Source: Hormiphora californensis (Eukaryota; Animalia; Ctenophora). Taken from it: a stretch of 64,000 bases of DNA. Positions 57,019 to 64,000 of the stretch are shown one piece after another. The translations under genes were made by a program, and so were the position numbers. The notes beneath the pieces are model-generated. The model was not told the origin of the DNA, did not search any database, and saw only the letters and a program-made list of their open reading frames with translations. Position 1 is the stretch's first letter, and each line of letters opens with the position of its first letter. The stretch lies in assembly GCA_020137815.1 (NCBI GenBank), contig CM035359.1, positions 1,054,001 through 1,118,000 of the forward strand. Reading direction: 5' to 3'.

Positions 57019-57361
57019 TTTTGAAAAGTTGCAGATTCACCAGGAAGTTCTAAAATCAGGAATTCGGGCGGGACCAAGTACTCTCTCTATAAATGGTGAC
57101 ACTACTGTCGCTCATTTTAGTTACATTTTTGCTGAGAAAATTCTTTAAGTCATTACAATTGAGAAATTACTTGTACAGAAAGTAGCTGTCAGAGCATTGG
57201 CATGACCCTATTCTTATTTCTTTCTGCACGCGGAGCACGCGAGAACCTTACGAAATAACCCCGGGCGACCAAGCGAGAACCGTGGTCAGAGCATTGGCCT
57301 GGGTGAGACAAGATTGTGCTTCGAGTAGCTCTACTTTATTTGCTTGGAGGTACAAAGGCGG

Positions 57362-57414
<53 letters not shown>

Positions 57415-58118
57415 AGAGAGAGAAAGAGAGAGCAACGAGAGAGAGAGGAGAGAGAGGGAGCTGAGAAAGAGAAAGAGAAAGAGAAAGAGAAAGAGAAAGA
57501 GAAAGAGAAAGAGAAAAGAAGAGAAAGAGAAAGAGAGAATAGTTCTTTGGACATATCGTTGATAGTGGTGCGAGGATATTATGTGTGTGTAGGTAATCGA
57601 TATAATTATGTCTCTTCTCTCTCACTTCAACCCCCTTGGCCTCTCTCTCTCTCAATCCTCGCCCTCTTCCTCTCCTTCTTTCTCGCTTACCAGAGAGCAC
57701 TTTGTTTACGCCCCTCATCTGGCTCGAGCATTAGAGTCGTTAGTTTTGCTTTTGACCTCGCCCCTCGGTGTAGGATTCGAATATATTATACTTTATAGGG
57801 AGGGATTGTTCGACCCACTCTCGTGTTAGCAGGGACTGACTGTCAACTTCACAACTACATCACAAATACAGCAGCCCTACTCACGGATCCGTTTTCAAGT
57901 TCTCTGTTCGCCTTTGATCTAACTGAAACGTTTCCTTCTTCAGTTCCAAAACATCGAACTCCTCTCCAGTCTAGACTTTTCCAATCAACTTTTGGCTTTT
58001 TTCAATTCTACAACATGTATTTTTGTGTAGTAACATTGGTAAATAAGTTTGCTTGTTGAGTACCTCAACTCTCAATCTCACACACACTCACTCTCTCTCT
58101 CTCTCTCTCTCTCCTCTC

Positions 58119-58170
<52 letters not shown>

Positions 58171-58195
58171 CCGCTCTCTTATCTTCCTCCCTATA

Positions 58196-58237
<42 letters not shown>

Positions 58238-58241
58238 TCCC

Positions 58242-58295
<54 letters not shown>

Positions 58296-59676
58296 GTTGA
58301 TACTGGTGAGCACAATGTTTGTTGTATGATTTTTACCCATATCTATATTCTATATTTTACCCTTTATCACTATTCGCTTCTCGAAATCTGTTTTTTTTCT
58401 TTACAAAACATAGTTCATTTGAACAACATCGTCGTTGAAGACATGTCACCTTGGAATTTCCTAATAAGGATTCCTTAGGATTCCTAACTTTCTGATCCAG
58501 ACATAAATAGATTCCGTATTATTAACAGCTGTGAGGGTGGTCTCTATTTGATTGCCTGTCCAAACTTGACAACCTCAAATTTGATTCGGTTTCCGTTCTA
58601 TATTCCTATAATATTATTCTCAGAACTGTAGCTTAATTTTTATTTTTGTAGTTTCTCTATTTTATTTTCTTGCCCTTTTTCCTTACTATCTTTCTCTCTC
58701 GTTCTTTATATACTTCTCTCTGTAGTTCTTTATATACTTCTCTCTGTAGTTCTCACTGTTCCGTTCTTTTTAAGTCTGCTGCATATAGTATCGATCATAT
58801 GCTTCCCTTTCCCACGCGCAAATTTCACTTAGTCGCTATGGCAACTGTCCTCTCTCTCTATCCCTATCTCTATCCCTCTCTCTATCATCCCTATCTATCT
58901 CTCTCTATCATCCCTCTCTCTAAATGTCTCTCATGATATGTACCTCTCTCCAAGCTACCATATAATCCCCCTCGACTATGTGTTCTACTTCATGTAATCC
59001 TTCTGCAGCCCTTTCTAGAATTTAACATCTAAACGTTTGGGAGACTGGGAAATTTAGAATAAAACTCTCTTTTTTCGCGTGCACATAACAACGTTGTCAC
59101 ACTGTTGAAGCTTTGGTCTTTGGCCTTTGGGGCTACAAAACAGTGTCATGATCAATTGTTGAGTCATGATCACCCCCTGTCATGAGTCATATCACCCCTT
59201 GGCGTGTCTTGAACCGTTCGTTGGAGCGTGGAGACAATACGATACGATCGAACTTTTTCCGTGCAAGACTCTCAAACCAAATACTAAATGAAATGGTAAC
59301 ATTGTTGTATGTTTTTATTCGCTGTCTTCCTATGCTATGGTAATCTAGGTTTGAGTAGTTAAGATTGCTACCTACGTATTATAATTAGGCTATGTAACTC
59401 TGTACTGAGAGAGATGGAGAGAGAGAGAGAGAGAAGGTGTTTTTACCTTGGCATTATTGTAGACATACAGGCCACAACTTCTCTCTCTTCTCTACATTTC
59501 CAGCTGTATGCTCCATTGCTATTCTACCCGCGGCATCTAGATTCTAGGTCTGCTGCCTCCAAGTCTGTGACATGATTATAATTTCAATACTATTATAATA
59601 TTGGGTAAATCTAACCGATTCTATACCGAATGATATCTTGACTCAATTTGTAATATTCTGATGTATCCTTAGTCGA

Positions 59677-59785
59677 CAGGAACCGACCAAATAAGGAAAT
59701 ACTGGTCCCTGATTGGCTGATAACCAGTCACGTGACCTAAATAACGAGTTCTGATTGGTTGCTTACTTGTTTCGGTCGGTTCCTG
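59677..59785 (-). mobile_element. 109-bp hAT-type MITE copy
   Basis: TSD TTAGTCGA/TTTGTCGA. Confidence 0.87.
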
Positions 59786-60680
59786 TTTGTCGACATTGTT
59801 GAGGGTCCCATATCCCTTACTCAAGGGTGGGTGAGATTGCTTCCTGTTATATTGTACGATGTGTGGGAAATCTTGTGTCATTGAGTTTTTGAAACCTAAA
59901 ATAGTTGATTGATCCCAGTCAATAAATTCCCAAGATCCCATCTTCCCTCTCTCTCTGGTATCTATAACACAAAGAACAAGTGTGAACACGCCCTACAGAC
60001 AACACTGAAAATCACGTGACTCACACTTCTCCCTCCTGATTGGATGGACAGATCACGTGACAAGCCGTTCTTGCTTCTGATTGGCCGAGCAGGATGGAGC
60101 TGCAGTAGCGCGGCGGGAAATGACAGAACTGGAGGAAGTTGGAGGAGGAGAGAAAGCATCCCGCAAGCTTCTTTTGTTTCTTTTTGATAGGTCATTCTTT
60201 GTTCTTTTCACCCCTCTCTCTTTTCTTTATTTCTCCTCCAGCAACTTTGCTTATTGTTTTCAAGTTCTGTAGATCTAGCCAGAGAGAAAGAGAGCTGGCG
60301 GGGATACCTAGCAACTTGTTACAGTGGACCTAGACTCTGTTAGAACATAACAAGTTACAGCTGCTTATAGGTGTCTATATATTGGAATATAATTCAGACT
60401 TGGAGAGCTTTCAATAAAAAATTACGCTACTCTCTAAGACGTGAGATGGACCACTATATTAGGATATATAGGATATTCATGTTCTTGACAAATTTAACTA
60501 AATATTTAGTCACCACGGCCACCACGCTGTACCACCTGGCCGGGCCTGTATTTTTACTTTCGTTTTCTTTAGCCCCCCCCCCTTCACACTCATTATAGTT
60601 ACTCTCCATTGTCTGTCCCGCTCTTAATTCTATATTTCTCAACATGTCTGGAAGCTGTGGTCTCAGCATTATATTCTTGA

Positions 60681-60789
60681 CAGGAACCGACCGAATCAGG
60701 AAATACTGGTCGCTGATTGGCTGATAACCAGTCACGTGACCTAAATAACGAGTTCTGATTGGTTGTTTACTTGCTTCGGTCGGTTCTTG
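60681..60789 (-). mobile_element. 109-bp hAT-type MITE copy
   Basis: Family sequence in reverse orientation; TSD unclear. Confidence 0.85.
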
Positions 60790-61510
60790 ATATATTGATC
60801 TCATGAGCCCTACTTTTCTCATGAATGAGCCCTGCTTGAGCCCTATTCAACCACAAATATGATTTACGTTTTTAGTTCCTGATCTAGCTGAGAATCTATC
60901 ATTTATCATAATCCCTCTCTCGTCTGCATCAGAGAGGAACTTGAGAGAGACAGATGGAAAATTATCATTATACAGACAGAGAATCCTAGCTCTAGAGCTC
61001 TGTCTGTATCGTTTTCATTCTGTCTCTATTCTCTGAATGAATCGGAGAGTTCTCGATCTGTTAACCACAACTAAATATAGCTAGGCCGCCCTAGTACACA
61101 TATAATATATGCCACCCCATTTAACGGCTTTCTCTCTTTCTTTCTCCCTATTTATATCTCTCTCTTTCTCTCTCATTTCTATCTCTCCAGTCTCCCTAGT
61201 CCCAACCATCTCTATCTCTCTCCCTCACTCTTTCACAGCGGGGATTGTCTATCTTTCCGCGTACCCGGAAACTATAATTTCACGATCTTTCTCTCACACA
61301 TATAGACACTAATTGGTCCTCTATAATTATCAGATTGGGAGATAGCCAATCAGGGCCGTGTAAGGACAGTCCTCAGCCAATCAGGAGGCTTGAAATGGTG
61401 TCACGTGATAATTTCTATCATCATCAAGAGATGATTGTGAGCGAGCTGAACAAGGTCATCGCAGAGAGTGCGATGTGAAATAAAAGAGAGAGAGGGGGAG
61501 AGAGGGGGGG

Positions 61511-61640
<130 letters not shown>

Positions 61641-62526
61641 GAGAGGGGGAGAGAAACTAGAAAGAACATGTGTTAGAGAGAAGTAGATAGTTATGAAAGC
61701 CACAATATTCTCATCTCACGATATATCTTTCTATCTATCTATCAGTCTTGAAAAGCTATGATCATTGTATTGAGTTCGTGAACTGTTCTAGAAAGATCTC
61801 CATATTGTAGTTAATCATCCCGAGATAGAACGTCTTTGTGGCAAGCTTTTTTCAGATTCTATAAGTGACGAATTATCCGTTAGAGCTCGTTCCCAATTTG
61901 ATCATCTTTAATCGATCATTGACATCAATTAGCATGGTTTTGTGGTGGTGATCAGATTCTCTATTCGATAGATTTCTAGTTTCCACGCTTAATTCTCGTT
62001 ACATTGCTCTTCCTTCGCAGAAGTAGATCCACGTGCTGTAATAACTTCCTGACAAGTCCAACCCTTTCCCATTTCCATGTTCTCTCTCTCTCTGATCTCT
62101 GACTCTCTCTCTATCTCTCTCTCTCCGTCCCTCCCTCACCTCTCTTCTCGTATCTCTATATCCCTCTATATCTCTCTTTTCTCTCTTTAGAGTTAGACTT
62201 AGAGACAGGGACCTGGCGCAGATTTACAAATTTTGAAAACTCGATTTTAAACACGACTGATCGTGATACGCGGTGTCATTCTGCCGTTTCTATTTTTGAA
62301 AATCTAAGCTCATCAATAGTTTTCTACACCTTGCAAAATAGTAACTAACTCTTATTTTCATCTTGATAGAACGTGAGTCGTTAAAATTGTTATTTGATTA
62401 GTATAGGCTCACCCAGCTTGTCCAACTTACCCCATCAAAAAATGTGTGTTCCCTTTCTCCATGTCTCTCTCCGTCCCCCTCCCCTCTCTCTCTCTCTCTT
62501 TTTCTTTTTCTCTCTCTCTCTCTCCA

Positions 62527-62562
<36 letters not shown>

Positions 62563-62862
62563 TCTCTCTCCAGGTGTTTCAAAGACCCATCTTTCTCTCA
62601 CCCACAAAGTTCTGTGTGGTGAGACTAGGCTAAAATGTAGGTTGTGATGATGGTGGTCAGATGTTCCCCAATTGCCATGGTAACTCGTGATAATGGAACG
62701 CGGTCATGACAACATGATCATCTGATCACTATATTTTGATGAAATTACCTATGGTCAGTTTTAGGAACTTCTTGTGGAAATTCCACAAGAATTTAGTGAC
62801 ACATTTTGAGATTTGATCATTTGAGAGTCCTAGTAATACTACTATTATTATTAGTAGTATGT

Positions 62863-62970
62863 AGAAACCGACCGAATCAAGAAATACTGTTCCCTGATTG
62901 GCTGATAACCAGTCACGTGACCTAAATAACGAGTTCTGATTGGTTGTTTACTTGTTTCGGTCGGTTCCTG
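62863..62970 (-). mobile_element. 109-bp hAT-type MITE copy
   Basis: TSD GTAGTATG. Confidence 0.87.
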
Positions 62971-63196
62971 GTAGTATGATATTGTAGTTTTCAAGAGTTC
63001 AGTATCTGTAAGAAACAAAAGAGATGGGTGGTTAGATTATTACCTACTAAACTGAACACATCCCACTGAACACACTGAATACTTCCCCTAAAGTATCGGG
63101 TACATGATAGTTGTGTGTGTGTATGGGGCATATTTAGAGCTCCTGTGCCCCGCATGGAATAAGGCGAGTAGACTTAGAGTCTTAAAACTACCCCAA

Positions 63197-63260
<64 letters not shown>

Positions 63261-64000
63261 GTCTATATCCATCTACCTTTCGCCTCCAAGCCCTATTTTG
63301 CCATGTGGTGTCTATTCTAAATATTGACCCCTTAGATACAAATGTGTGTATGTTTCTAAACGCCATTTCGTCGCAATGAATAACTCATAGCTAACCAAAT
63401 GAGCATTTGCCTGGCTAGACTGTGTTTCGGGTGCAAATGTAAAGGGAGGGTTAGAACATAACAAATGAGCATTGAGCTCGCTGTATTCTGTCTCCAAGGA
63501 TACTTCTGTAATCTGTACCCACAGTTATTTTATCATTTATTTTATATTTATTATCATATTTTATTTTATGTTTATGTTTTGTCTGAAACATCCGGCACGA
63601 AGATCTTTATTTGAAAGTGTTTCCCCATCTCTCTCCCATCTGTCTCTCCCATCTGTCTCTCCCATCTGTCTCTCCCATCTCTCTCTCTCTCTCCCATCTC
63701 TCTCTCCCATCTCTCCCTCTCCCATCTCTCTCTCTCTCCCATCTCTCTCTCCCATCTCTCCCTCTCCCATCTCTCTCTCCATCTCTCTCTCGCATCTCTC
63801 CCTCTCCCATCTCTCTCTCTCCCATCTCTCTCTCCCATCTCTCTCTCTCTCCCATCTCTCTCTCTCCCATCTCTCTCTCTCCCATCTCTCCCTCTCCCAT
63901 CTCACTCTCTCCCATCTCTCTCTCCCATGTCTCCCTCTCCCATCTCTCTCTCCATCTCTCTCTCGCATCTCTCCCTCTCCCATCTCTCCCTCTCCACCCC

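Overview
Eukaryotic (animal) genomic DNA, probably ctenophore. That call is an inference from the LDLa-7TM receptor, the nested CCP-gene domain type and a repeat family I recall from Pleurobrachia-like gene models. Host genes on the + strand are an LDLa-repeat GPCR (open at the left edge), an intronless biotin-protein ligase (HLCS), a 9-exon EMC2 and a 9-exon RING1/RNF2 (PRC1 E3 ligase). An antisense secreted Sushi/CCP gene is nested in RING1 intron 1. The rest is mobile DNA: two L2/CR1-type LINEs, five large foldback palindromes, ten copies of a 109-bp hAT-type MITE, Tc1/pogo MITEs, tandem arrays and a gene-poor, CT/GA-microsatellite-rich 49-64 kb region. Five signals stand out. (1) An ~8.1-kb array of about 225 copies of the RING1 intron-2/exon-3 splice junction, with smaller splice-junction duplications in EMC2. 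(2) A LINE whose ORF2 appears to need a -1 frameshift at A_AAA_AAU despite a UAAUG stop-start overlap. (3) A 5.9-kb TIR-bounded insertion carrying degenerate spliced PDZ exons. (4) A 90-bp TSD-flanked insertion with a minimal hammerhead ribozyme. (5) Tightly spaced genes each with an AG acceptor just upstream of the ATG, consistent with SL trans-splicing. Single-base frameshifts in two conserved genes and a degraded stretch of the array suggest assembly errors.
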